DNA of 54,758 nt from a bacterium (GTDB lineage Bacteria; Chloroflexota; Limnocylindria; Limnocylindrales; Limnocylindraceae), in NCBI GenBank assembly GCA_037128565.1, contig JBAXWE010000001.1:1-54758 (forward strand), given 5' to 3'. Below are positions 27,425 through 36,132 of the stretch, one piece after another. The notes under the pieces were generated by a model, which saw nothing but the letters and a program-made list of their open reading frames with translations, ran no database searches and was not told the origin of the DNA. Position numbers and translations under genes: made by a program. The stretch's first letter is position 1. The number at the start of each line of letters is the position of its first letter.

Positions 27425-28713
27425 CGTCCGTGAGCGGCGGCGGTGCTCGCTCGAACCTGCTCTTCAATGCGATCGATCTCCGTAACGATCGCGGAACGGA
27501 GGGCGTCGAGCTCGTCGCGCGCCTTCTCGGTAGTGGAGTCGATCGCGGTAAGGGTCTTCTTGATCTCCTTTACGGAGTCGAGTCGGCTGCGCAGTGCGTC
27601 GATCGCATCCTTCACCGCCGAGAGATCGGCGCCACTCCCCTCCGACTTAGCGCGGATCATCGCCGAGATGCGCGCTAAACGGTACCCGGCCTCAAGGATC
27701 GCAACGTCGGGAGCCTCGGGATCAACGACGCAGTAAACGCCGTGGCGGCTGATCGTGAATGGCGAGGCGCCCGCCGGGGCCGCCGCCTCGCTGAAGACCA
27801 TTAGCGCAATTTCGGCCTTGCGATTCTCGCGCGCCTCGGCGAGCTCTTTCTCAATGGCCGGTGTTGTCATCGACTTGTCCTTCACTTCAACGACGATGCG
27901 CAACACGGCCGCGGAGGCGTCGCGACCGTTGATGGTGATGATGGCGTCGCCCTTCTTTGAATCGGGGACTGCACCGGTCAGACCGCCAGTACCCTCAATC
28001 TCGTCGTTTGTGGCGCGGAGCAGTTCGGTGTATTCGGCGATGACACGCGACTCAAAGTCGGCGCCTTTCGCTGTCCCCTTCTTGCGCTCGCCTTTGGCGG
28101 CCTTCTGAGATGCATCAAGCTCCACGATCTTCAGCAGCACATCGTCGAAGCGCTTGGCAATCTCGGCACGGAAGCCGCTCAGCGGCGACGCCTCGCGCGT
28201 TGGGTCAAGCAGGTGGGCAAGCTTGCTCGCGTCGCCATCGAAGTAGGTGCCGAGGATGGTGTTCAGCTTGCCGAGGGCCGAGTCACGGCGGTTCTCGTCG
28301 AAGAGATCCTTGGTGAACAGGGCGAGCTCACCCTTATCGCCGAGGAAGCGCTCCAGGGTCGCAGGCAGTGCGCCACCCTCGTTGGCGAAGGTCTTGCGCA
28401 GGATCTCTTCGACCTCAGCGGTCGCCTTCTTGTTCGACTCGCCGGCGTCGGAGAGCAACTTGTCGAAGGCGCGGCGAACGTGGTCAACATCGATGGAGCC
28501 GCTGGCGCTCTGCAGCGCCATCAGGCCAACGCGCATCGCGCGCTCAACTGTTTCGGCGCGGTCCTCGGGGGTGCGGCTCTCAAGGAAGCCGGCCAAGGCG
28601 CGATCAACGACCTCGAGGGAGGCGATGCGGATGCGGTCGCCAACAATGTCGACCTGCGTCGGCTTGTTCGCCGAGCTGATCGGAACGATCTCGGGAACGC
28701 GCTCGCCGCTCAT
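27421..28713 (-). CDS. Coiled-coil protein with PD-(D/E)xK-like nuclease core (DUF2130-like by motif pattern)
   Basis: KGADFESRVIAEY ... SKKGDAIITI ... LRIVVEVKDKS ... ENRKAEIALMVFSE gives a D-x19-E-x-K arrangement, flanked by helical and charged segments. Native codon bias. Start ATG 28713 directly abuts the TAG of the upstream ORF. Confidence 0.7.
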   Translation of the reverse strand: MSGERVPEIVPISSANKPTQVDIVGDRIRIASLEVVDRALAGFLESRTPEDRAETVERAMRVGLMALQSASGSIDVDHVRRAFDKLLSDAGESNKKATAEVEEILRKTFANEGGALPATLERFLGDKGELALFTKDLFDENRRDSALGKLNTILGTYFDGDASKLAHLLDPTREASPLSGFRAEIAKRFDDVLLKIVELDASQKAAKGERKKGTAKGADFESRVIAEYTELLRATNDEIEGTGGLTGAVPDSKKGDAIITINGRDASAAVLRIVVEVKDKSMTTPAIEKELAEARENRKAEIALMVFSEAAAPAGASPFTISRHGVYCVVDPEAPDVAILEAGYRLARISAMIRAKSEGSGADLSAVKDAIDALRSRLDSVKEIKKTLTAIDSTTEKARDELDALRSAIVTEIDRIEEQVRASTAAAHGR

Positions 28714-28989
28714 CTAACGGAGCGCAATCTGGCCGCAGCCATCGCAGAGGGCCACGATCGCGTGCTTCTCGCGGGCATAGCCGGCGGTGTGCAGCACTCC
28801 CGGGCAGCCGATCGTGCGACAGCGCCAGGCCCACGCCTCGTCGCCAGCCGCACCGTCGTACGGAAGTGCTTCAGCACTCAGCTTTTCGGCGAGACCCTCG
28901 CGGGCGGTCAGCGTCGCTGCAACAGCGTCGGCGCGCTCCGCCTCGCTCTCGCGCTTGTAGGGATACGACTGGGCGACGTTCGTTGGCAT
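28714..28989 (-). CDS. Small 4-Cys zinc-ribbon protein (91 aa)
   Basis: WRCRTIGCPG ... LCDGCG (C-x4-C ... C-x2-C). Start taken as ATG 28989. TATACT lies 6 nt upstream and there is no SD, suggesting a leaderless mRNA. The longer ORF to 29133 has an implausible N-terminus. Confidence 0.55.
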   Translation of the reverse strand: MPTNVAQSYPYKRESEAERADAVAATLTAREGLAEKLSAEALPYDGAAGDEAWAWRCRTIGCPGVLHTAGYAREKHAIVALCDGCGQIALR

Positions 28990-29049
28990 GGGCTGAGTAT
29001 ACCGACCACCGAAGGCGAGAACCCGTATGCTGCAAAGGTGACTGCTTCG

Positions 29050-30321
29050 ATGAAGGCCCTGCTGCTCGGCACCCTGACGTTGCGAACCGCGACGGGGACC
29101 ACGGGCGCCCTGCTCATCGTCTGGAACAAGCATCTACATCAATCGGGCACCGTCAGTATCACCCCAGTTGACCTGGCGACGATCACCCTCGCCTTTTACG
29201 TGACCGAGCTACTCGGCTCACCAATCTTCGGCATCATCGCCGACCGCATTGGGCGCAAGCCGGTGATGCTGCTCGGGCCCCTGTTCGGCTTGGCTGCCGT
29301 CATGCTGACGCCGTTTGCGATCACGATCCCGCTGCTCATTTGCACGCGGCTACTCGAGGGCTCGTCGACCGCCGCAAGCGTTCCGTCGATCCTCTCCTAC
29401 GTGGCGGCGAAGACGAGCCACGATGCCAAACTGCGCGGCCGCGTCGTCACGCTCTTTGAAGTGGCGACGCTCGGTGGACTACTCGTCGCCGGTACGGCGC
29501 TTGCCGGCCCGCTCTGGGATTTCTTTGCGGTCGGCGCATTCGCCGTCAATGGTGGCATCTATCTGCTCTCACTCGCACTCTTCGCCTACGGCGTCAAAGA
29601 CGAGCACGAGCGTCCGGCGCATACGACGGAGAACCGGCTCCAGAAATATCTCAAGCTCTTCAGCCAACGAGGGATTCTGCTCTTCGTGCCAACATGGGTC
29701 TCCATCAACGCCATCATTGGCGTCTGGGTGCCCCAGGGTTTGAACCTCCTCCTCGGCGATTCGGGGGTCGAGTCGCGCGGGCAGTTCCTGATGAGTGGTT
29801 TCCCCTTCACGGTGATCACCTCCGCCTTCGCCTTTGTGGCGCTGATCGGTGGCGTCGGCCTCTTCTTCTGGGGGAACCGCTTCGCCAATTTCCGCCGAAC
29901 GACGATGCTCCTCTTGGGCCTCGTCGCCTTCGTTGTAGCCATGGCCGCGGTCTTTACGATGAATCGACTTAGTGGCGCCGACCTGCCGCTCATCGCACTG
30001 CTCTTCACCCTGCTCTGTGGCTCCATGTTTTTCATTGCTGGAGCAACACCGGCGGCGCTCGGCTTCTTGGCTGACGTCTCCGAGCGGTATCACACCGATC
30101 GAAGCGCGGTCATGGGCCTCTACTCGATCTTCTTGGGGCTCGGCCAGGTGATTGGCGTGAAGATTGCGGGTGACCTGGCGACCTCCTATGGGGTCGACGG
30201 TTTGGTCTACGCCACCCTCGGATTCCTTGTGGTTGCGGGCACATTCCTGCTGATCCTGCGCCGAGTTGAGCACGAAATTCTCTTGCCGAGCGCGCCTGGG
30301 CAACACGGCGCGCACGGCTGA
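29050..30321 (+). CDS. MFS transporter (drug:H+ antiporter-like)
   Basis: GSPIFGIIADRIGRKPVMLLGP motif A; 12 TM segments. The 702-aa ORF starting at 28213 is antisense to the previous gene in its first 279 codons. The real start is ATG 29050, or in-frame GTG 29038 located 6 nt after TATGCT. Confidence 0.8.
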   Translation: MKALLLGTLTLRTATGTTGALLIVWNKHLHQSGTVSITPVDLATITLAFYVTELLGSPIFGIIADRIGRKPVMLLGPLFGLAAVMLTPFAITIPLLICTRLLEGSSTAASVPSILSYVAAKTSHDAKLRGRVVTLFEVATLGGLLVAGTALAGPLWDFFAVGAFAVNGGIYLLSLALFAYGVKDEHERPAHTTENRLQKYLKLFSQRGILLFVPTWVSINAIIGVWVPQGLNLLLGDSGVESRGQFLMSGFPFTVITSAFAFVALIGGVGLFFWGNRFANFRRTTMLLLGLVAFVVAMAAVFTMNRLSGADLPLIALLFTLLCGSMFFIAGATPAALGFLADVSERYHTDRSAVMGLYSIFLGLGQVIGVKIAGDLATSYGVDGLVYATLGFLVVAGTFLLILRRVEHEILLPSAPGQHGAHG

Positions 30322-30385
30322 TCGGCGCCGATAGAATCGGAGTTACGCATAGCGCACCTGCGCAACATGTTGGAGGGGGTACAGA

Positions 30386-31240
30386 ATGACGGCACCAAAG
30401 GTCGCGATCGTTACCGATAGCGCCTCAGACATTCCACCTGATGCGGCGAAGCAGCTCGGCATCGCCATCGTGCCAATCATTGTCACCTTCGGCTCGGAGA
30501 GCTTCAAGGTGAATGAAGAGCTCTCCATGGATGAGTTCTGGAAGCGACTAACGGCGCCAGGCGCCCCATTCCCGAAGACCGCTGCGCCAGCACCGGCCGC
30601 ATTTACCGCGGCGTACGACCGTGCATTCGCCGGTGGCGCGGAAGAGATCGTTTCGGTGCACGTCGCGTCGAAGCTTTCAGCCACGTTCCGTAACGCGGAG
30701 ATTGCCGCGGCAGATCATCCGCAGTCGAAGAACATTCATCTTGTTGACACCGCAACGGCGTCAGCCGCGCAGGGGCTTCTGGTCGCGCGGGCGTACCATC
30801 GTGCCGCCGAAGGCTGGAAGGCGCCACAGATCGTTGCCGAGCTTGGTGAGCTGATCCCGAAGACGCACGTGATCTTCTTCCTTGACTCACTCGACTACTT
30901 AAAGGCTGGCGGTCGAATCAGCCCAGCACGCGCAGCGATTGGCGGGCTCCTCTCAGTAAAGCCGATCATCGACATCATTGATGGCGAGGTGGTGACGCTT
31001 GACAAGCCGCGCACATCGTCAAAGGCGCGCGAAAAGTTCATGGAGATCATTGGTGCAGCACCGATCCAGGAGCTGACCATGCTCCACGCAGAGGCACCCG
31101 ACATTGCGACCTTCCGCGACGAGGTCTGTGCACGTTACCCCGAGATCGCGGCCCTCAAACCGGGGATCGTTCGCGCGGGTGCCGCCATTGGCCCACACAC
31201 CGGCCCGAAGGGGCTCGGCGTCGCGCTGATCCGCGCCTAG
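30386..31240 (+). CDS. DegV family fatty-acid-binding protein
   Basis: VAIVTDSASDIP N-terminus, FLDSLDYLKAGGRIS motif and typical length. Confidence 0.85.
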   Translation: MTAPKVAIVTDSASDIPPDAAKQLGIAIVPIIVTFGSESFKVNEELSMDEFWKRLTAPGAPFPKTAAPAPAAFTAAYDRAFAGGAEEIVSVHVASKLSATFRNAEIAAADHPQSKNIHLVDTATASAAQGLLVARAYHRAAEGWKAPQIVAELGELIPKTHVIFFLDSLDYLKAGGRISPARAAIGGLLSVKPIIDIIDGEVVTLDKPRTSSKAREKFMEIIGAAPIQELTMLHAEAPDIATFRDEVCARYPEIAALKPGIVRAGAAIGPHTGPKGLGVALIRA

Positions 31241-31381
31241 CCTCAAACTCGCTCAACTCTACGGGTGGCAGCACGCCGCAACCTACGCGCAACACCTTTT
31301 TGGGGCGCGTTGTAGCCTTGGGGAGATCGCCGCACGGCGGCCGCCAGGCATCCGCCAGGGCGGCAGAGTAGAGGTGTGCAG

Positions 31382-32632
31382 ATGAGTTCACAGAAGAGCG
31401 CCTGGGCAGTTGCGCAGCAGCAGTTTGACCTCGCCGCGAAGCGGCTCGGCCTTGATTCCGGAATTGCCGCGGTGTTGCGCGAGCCACGCCGACAGCTCAC
31501 CGTGCACTTTCCTGTGCGCATGGATGATGGATCAACCCGAGTGTTCGAGGGGCACCGCGTACAGCACAACCTCGGACGCGGCCCAGCAAAGGGCGGCATT
31601 CGCTTCCACCAGGACGTGAACATCGAAGAGGTGAAGGCGCTCTCTATGTGGATGTCGTGGAAGTGCGCCGTGATGGATCTTCCCTACGGCGGCGGCAAGG
31701 GTGGCGTCACCGTTGACCCGAAGAAGTTGTCGCTAGGCGAGCTTGAGCGCCTGACGCGACGCTTCACAACCGAAATCGCCGTCATCATTGGACCAGAGTC
31801 CGATATTCCGGCACCGGACGTGAACACCAACAGCCAGACGATGGCATGGATGATGGACACCTATTCAATGCATGTTGGCTACACCGTTCCCGGTGTTGTC
31901 ACTGGCAAGCCGATCGCGCTAGGCGGCTCGAAGGGCCGCAACGAGGCGACCGCGCGCGGCGCAGTCTTCTGCATTCGTGAAGCGGCGAACAAGATCAACC
32001 TTAACTTGAAGGGTGCAACCGTCGTGGTGCAGGGATACGGCAACGCCGGATCCATTGCAGCGCGACTGATCAGCGAGCTTGGCTCGAAGGTGATCGCCGT
32101 CTCCGACAGCAGTGGCGGCATTCACAATCCAGCCGGACTCGACCTAGATGCGGTCGATGCACACAAGAAGAAGACGGGGAGTGTCGTCGGCTTTGCTGGC
32201 TCTACGCCAGTGAGCAACCAGGCAATCTTGGAGATCGCCTGCGACGTTCTCATTCCTGCCGCGCTTGAGAATCAGATCACCGCAGAGAATGCCGGCAAGA
32301 TCAAGACGAAGATCGTTGCTGAGGCGGCGAACGGACCAACGACGCCGGAGGCGGACGACATCTTGTTCAGGAACGGCGCCATGGTGATCCCTGACATCCT
32401 CTGCAATGCAGGCGGTGTGACGGTGAGCTACTTCGAGTGGGTGCAGGACCTGAACCGCGACTTCTGGGAGGAGGACGAGGTCAACATTCGCCTCGAGAAG
32501 AAGATGGTTCGTGCCTTCCACGAGGTCTACGACATGGCCCAGAAGGAGAAGAGCCACCTGCGCACAGGTGCCTACCTCCTCTCGGTGCAGCGTGTTGCCG
32601 ATGCCATGACGGTGCGGGGTATCTACCCGTAA
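31382..32632 (+). CDS. gdh: Glutamate dehydrogenase (Glu/Leu/Phe/Val dehydrogenase family)
   Basis: GPAKGGIRFH, LPYGGGKGGV and VVVQGYGNAGS Rossmann motifs. Start set to ATG 31382 (SD GAGG 7 nt upstream) rather than GTG 31376. Confidence 0.93.
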   Translation: MSSQKSAWAVAQQQFDLAAKRLGLDSGIAAVLREPRRQLTVHFPVRMDDGSTRVFEGHRVQHNLGRGPAKGGIRFHQDVNIEEVKALSMWMSWKCAVMDLPYGGGKGGVTVDPKKLSLGELERLTRRFTTEIAVIIGPESDIPAPDVNTNSQTMAWMMDTYSMHVGYTVPGVVTGKPIALGGSKGRNEATARGAVFCIREAANKINLNLKGATVVVQGYGNAGSIAARLISELGSKVIAVSDSSGGIHNPAGLDLDAVDAHKKKTGSVVGFAGSTPVSNQAILEIACDVLIPAALENQITAENAGKIKTKIVAEAANGPTTPEADDILFRNGAMVIPDILCNAGGVTVSYFEWVQDLNRDFWEEDEVNIRLEKKMVRAFHEVYDMAQKEKSHLRTGAYLLSVQRVADAMTVRGIYP

Positions 32633-32657
32633 ACCACCCGCGCGCTAGGATGCGCAC

Positions 32658-33275
32658 ATGGCTGGCCTAGATCACGAAGAGCGCTTTCTCTTTCGCGAGG
32701 AGATCCTCGCGCTTGCCGCCGCGCTCACCGAAGGCTCGGCGCTCGACAACGTTGAGGATCTGCTCGTTGACCTGATCACCTCAAGCCACTTCGACGCTGA
32801 GGTGGTGACGTTGGAGCGCTCGCTCCAGGCGATGCTCGGCCAGCGCCAGGGCTCGACCCTGGTGACGGCGCTCACCGCCGCCCCCGAGGTTTTCGACGAG
32901 GTCACGGAGCTGCGGCTGCCGCCAGAGGTGGTTGATCGTCTCGCCGGCTGGCGCGCCCGCTTCGGCCTGGCGATTGATAACGCGCTGAGCTTCCTCTCCA
33001 ACCCCGATGGTATTCAGGGGCACAACTTCACCACGCAAGTCGCGCACGCCGACGACCGACGAACACTTCAGGGGCGGCTCACCTTTGTGCGCTACAGCAA
33101 CGAGTCAGAGTTCTTTATCGCCGACGCGAATGTCTTCCTAGAGGTTGCCGCCGAAGTACTCGACAAGCTCGGCACGCACATCAGCCGCGAGGATGTTGAC
33201 CAGGAGTCGGTGACGCGCCTGAAAGAGGCGGTCAACCTGATCGAGCGTCGCACCGCGCCGCGCGACGAGGCGTAA
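32658..33275 (+). CDS. Hypothetical acidic protein
   Basis: 205-aa ORF with native codon bias, ending 4 nt before the next gene. No motif recognised. Confidence 0.5.
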   Translation: MAGLDHEERFLFREEILALAAALTEGSALDNVEDLLVDLITSSHFDAEVVTLERSLQAMLGQRQGSTLVTALTAAPEVFDEVTELRLPPEVVDRLAGWRARFGLAIDNALSFLSNPDGIQGHNFTTQVAHADDRRTLQGRLTFVRYSNESEFFIADANVFLEVAAEVLDKLGTHISREDVDQESVTRLKEAVNLIERRTAPRDEA

Positions 33276-33279
33276 CCCG

Positions 33280-34404
33280 ATGACCGGCGCCGCGGGCGCA
33301 CGGCAGATCTTCCTCGCCGCGACGGGACAAAACCGCGGCAAGACCACCACCTCACTCGGACTCTTTGCCGCCTTCCGCGCGCAGGGGCTGAATGCCGGTT
33401 TCATGAAGCCGGTCGGCCAACGCTGGATCACCATCGATGACACCCCCGCCGACGAAGATGCCGCCCTAATGCGCGGCGTCTTTGATCTGACCGATGCGGT
33501 CGCGCTTCTCTCTCCGGTGCAGATCCCGCGCGGATTCACGCGTAAGGTGATTGAGGGGCAGGTGGTCGAAGACCTCGGCGCGAAGATCATCGCCGCCCAG
33601 GTCGAGCTCGCCCAGAGGCACGAACTGCTGCTGCTTGAAGGGACAGGGCATGCGGGCGTTGGTGCGGTGATCGGCTTGAGCAACGCCGATGTTGCGGCGC
33701 TGCTCGGCGCACCGGTGATCATCGTGAGTGAGGGCGGCATCGGCCGGCCGATCGACGAGATCGTGCTGAACGCGGCGCTCTTCACCGCGCGTGGTGTTGA
33801 GATCGCCGGGGCGATCGTCAACAAGGTCGATCTTGATCTACAGCCAGAGCTACCACGCCTCCTTGAGAAGGGACTCGCGCGTCATGGAATTCCGCTGCTC
33901 GGGGTACTGCCGTATCGGCAGATTCTCTCTAATCCCACGCTCGCAATCATTGAAGATGGCCTTCAGGGCGAGACGCTCTGGCCCGGTCGGGACATGGACG
34001 CGATCATCGGTCGCGTCTCTGTTGCGGCGATGCAGCCAGAACATGTGATGCAGCGCATCGGCGATAGCGCCCTCGTTGTGGTTCCTGGCGACCGCGAGGA
34101 TGTCATTGAGGTTCTTACGCAGTTGTGGCTTGATGGGAAGGATCATCCGAATCGACCACTTGGCTTCGTGCTCAGTGGCGGTTATCGGCCGAGCGCACGC
34201 GTGCTGGAGTTGATTCGCGCGGCGAACATCTTCGCCGTGCTTATGGAGGGCGATACCTACAGCGTCGCCGCAAAGGTGCACGACCTACTGGTGAAGACGC
34301 ACCCAGAAGATGTGCGCAAGATTGAAGAGATCAAGCAGCTGGTTGCTGGCTCCCTCGACGTTGAGCGCATCCTCGCCGCGGCACGGCCAGTTCCAACGCG
34401 CTAA
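33280..34404 (+). CDS. BioD-like P-loop + DRTGG domain protein (homologue of the N-terminal regulatory half of phosphotransacetylase, no Pta catalytic domain)
   Basis: FLAATGQNRGKTTTSLGL P-loop, GFMKPVGQ, LLLEGTGHAGVG, and a later VVPGDREDVIE (DRTGG-like) segment. Length 374 aa. Confidence 0.6.
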   Translation: MTGAAGARQIFLAATGQNRGKTTTSLGLFAAFRAQGLNAGFMKPVGQRWITIDDTPADEDAALMRGVFDLTDAVALLSPVQIPRGFTRKVIEGQVVEDLGAKIIAAQVELAQRHELLLLEGTGHAGVGAVIGLSNADVAALLGAPVIIVSEGGIGRPIDEIVLNAALFTARGVEIAGAIVNKVDLDLQPELPRLLEKGLARHGIPLLGVLPYRQILSNPTLAIIEDGLQGETLWPGRDMDAIIGRVSVAAMQPEHVMQRIGDSALVVVPGDREDVIEVLTQLWLDGKDHPNRPLGFVLSGGYRPSARVLELIRAANIFAVLMEGDTYSVAAKVHDLLVKTHPEDVRKIEEIKQLVAGSLDVERILAAARPVPTR

Positions 34405-34413
34405 CCGGCGCCC

Positions 34414-35274
34414 CTAGGGGAGCGTGATTGCGTCGATCAGGCGCACCCCGTTAACGACGGCGGCGAGAGAGATGAGCACCTCGTCCGATCCGGCATCGCC
34501 AATCTGCGCCCCTTCGGCAAGGGGCGCGAGCGTTGCGCTCTCGGCGAAGTCAAGATAGTCGAGTGAGAGACTCGGCTCTGCGGCGATGACTCTCTCAGCG
34601 AGTGCTCGGAGCATGGAAACACGTGAGATGCCAGATGCGTACGCCTCGGCGATGAGCGAGAGGGCGACAGGAATCGTTCTCGCGGCAGCGGCGCGACCCG
34701 CCGCTGAGAGCATCTGATTGCGCGAGCTCAGCGCCAGGCCGTCGCTATCACGAACGGTTACGACGCGGTGGATCGCGATCTGATCGGCGCGCTGCGCTGT
34801 TAGCCACTCAACGACACGAACCTGCTGTGCATCCTTTTCGCCAAAATAGGCGTGTGCAGGATGAACGAGATCGAAGAGGCGCGACACGACCGTCGCCACG
34901 CCCGCAAAGTGCCCGGGACGTGAGGCGCCCTCCAGTCGGCGGGCGAGTGGCCCTGGATCAACGTTCGCGACTAGTTCGTTGGGTGGATACACATCGTCAA
35001 CGTCGGGGACGAAAAGGAGATGTGCGCCAGCCGCCTCTGCACGTTGCTGGTCGGCCTCGAGCGTGCGCGGATATCGCGCCACATCAGCGGCAGATCCGAA
35101 CTGTCGTGGATTAACGAAGATCGAGACAACCACGGTGGCAGCGGTGTGATGCGCTGCTGCGATCAGCGCGGCATGACCGGCGTGGAGCGCCCCCATCGTT
35201 GGCACCAGCGCAACTGGGCGGGGGAGTTGGGCGAGCGCTTCGTCGAGTTCGGAACGAGTAGTTACGGTGCGCAT
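34414..35274 (-). CDS. panC: Pantoate--beta-alanine ligase
   Basis: VPTMGALHAGHAAL HIGH-like motif, FVNPRQF and FGEKDAQQ. Confidence 0.93.
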   Translation of the reverse strand: MRTVTTRSELDEALAQLPRPVALVPTMGALHAGHAALIAAAHHTAATVVVSIFVNPRQFGSAADVARYPRTLEADQQRAEAAGAHLLFVPDVDDVYPPNELVANVDPGPLARRLEGASRPGHFAGVATVVSRLFDLVHPAHAYFGEKDAQQVRVVEWLTAQRADQIAIHRVVTVRDSDGLALSSRNQMLSAAGRAAAARTIPVALSLIAEAYASGISRVSMLRALAERVIAAEPSLSLDYLDFAESATLAPLAEGAQIGDAGSDEVLISLAAVVNGVRLIDAITLP

Positions 35275-35289
35275 CGTCCAGAGTCTGAA

Positions 35290-36132
35290 CTAGCGCGGGA
35301 GCTCGTCGAGGGCGGCGATGAGGGTTGCGTCAGCAGCGATCCCTTGTGCTGCGGTGGGGAAGTCTCCCGATTCCACACTCGTGCGCCAGGTCGTGAGGGC
35401 GGCGATCGCCTCGTCACGAAGGTTGGCGATGCGTCCAGCGTGTCGAGGTGCAGCGGCGCCCAATAGCCCGAGCAGATCGGGGAGCACCTGCACCTGTGCG
35501 GTGCAGCCGGCACCCGCGCCAATGCCGATCGTGGGAATAGTCAGGCGGCTAGTGATGGCGGCTGCAAGCTCCTGCGGCACGAGTTCGATCACGATTGCCG
35601 ATGCACCTGCCTCCTGCAGGGCGATCGAATCCGCAAGAAGCGCCGCCGCCGCCTCGGGGAGGCGCCCCTTAGCGCGTGGCTTGCTCTCATTGAGGGACGA
35701 CTGCGGCGTGAAGCCAATGTGACCAATCACTGGAACGCCACTGCGCACGAGCGCTGCAACGATGGGGGCCACGGCGACACCGCCCTCGAGCTTCACGGCA
35801 CCGGCGCCAGCATCGCGAATGAACCGTGCCGCATTTTCGGCTGCGGTAGGCGCGTCAACGTACGAAAGAAACGGCATATCGGCGATCACGATCGCGCTGC
35901 TAGTGGAGCGAACAACTGCGGCGGTGTGGTGCAGCATCTCGCTCATCCCAACGCGCACGGTGGATTCGTATCCGAGCGCAACCTGTGCGAGCGAATCCCC
36001 CACGAGCACGTAGTGAATACCAGCCGCTTCGGCGAACTCCGCGGTTGGCCGATCCCAGGCGGTGACGACGGCGAAGTGACCACCCGCGGCATGCACAGCG
36101 CGCATGTCGGCAACGGTGTGCCGCGCCATCAA
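35290..36132 (-). CDS. panB: 3-methyl-2-oxobutanoate hydroxymethyltransferase
   Basis: VTAWD...LVGDSLAQV, KLEGG and IGHIGFTPQS motifs. 4-nt overlap with coaBC. Confidence 0.92.
   Translation of the reverse strand: MMARHTVADMRAVHAAGGHFAVVTAWDRPTAEFAEAAGIHYVLVGDSLAQVALGYESTVRVGMSEMLHHTAAVVRSTSSAIVIADMPFLSYVDAPTAAENAARFIRDAGAGAVKLEGGVAVAPIVAALVRSGVPVIGHIGFTPQSSLNESKPRAKGRLPEAAAALLADSIALQEAGASAIVIELVPQELAAAITSRLTIPTIGIGAGAGCTAQVQVLPDLLGLLGAAAPRHAGRIANLRDEAIAALTTWRTSVESGDFPTAAQGIAADATLIAALDELPR

Noticed and set aside
28213-29049. N-terminal 279 codons of the 702-aa plus-strand ORF
   Set aside because: This portion is antisense to the nuclease-like and Zn-ribbon genes. The MFS homology (12 TM segments, GxxADRxGRK) only begins after ATG 29050 or GTG 29038.
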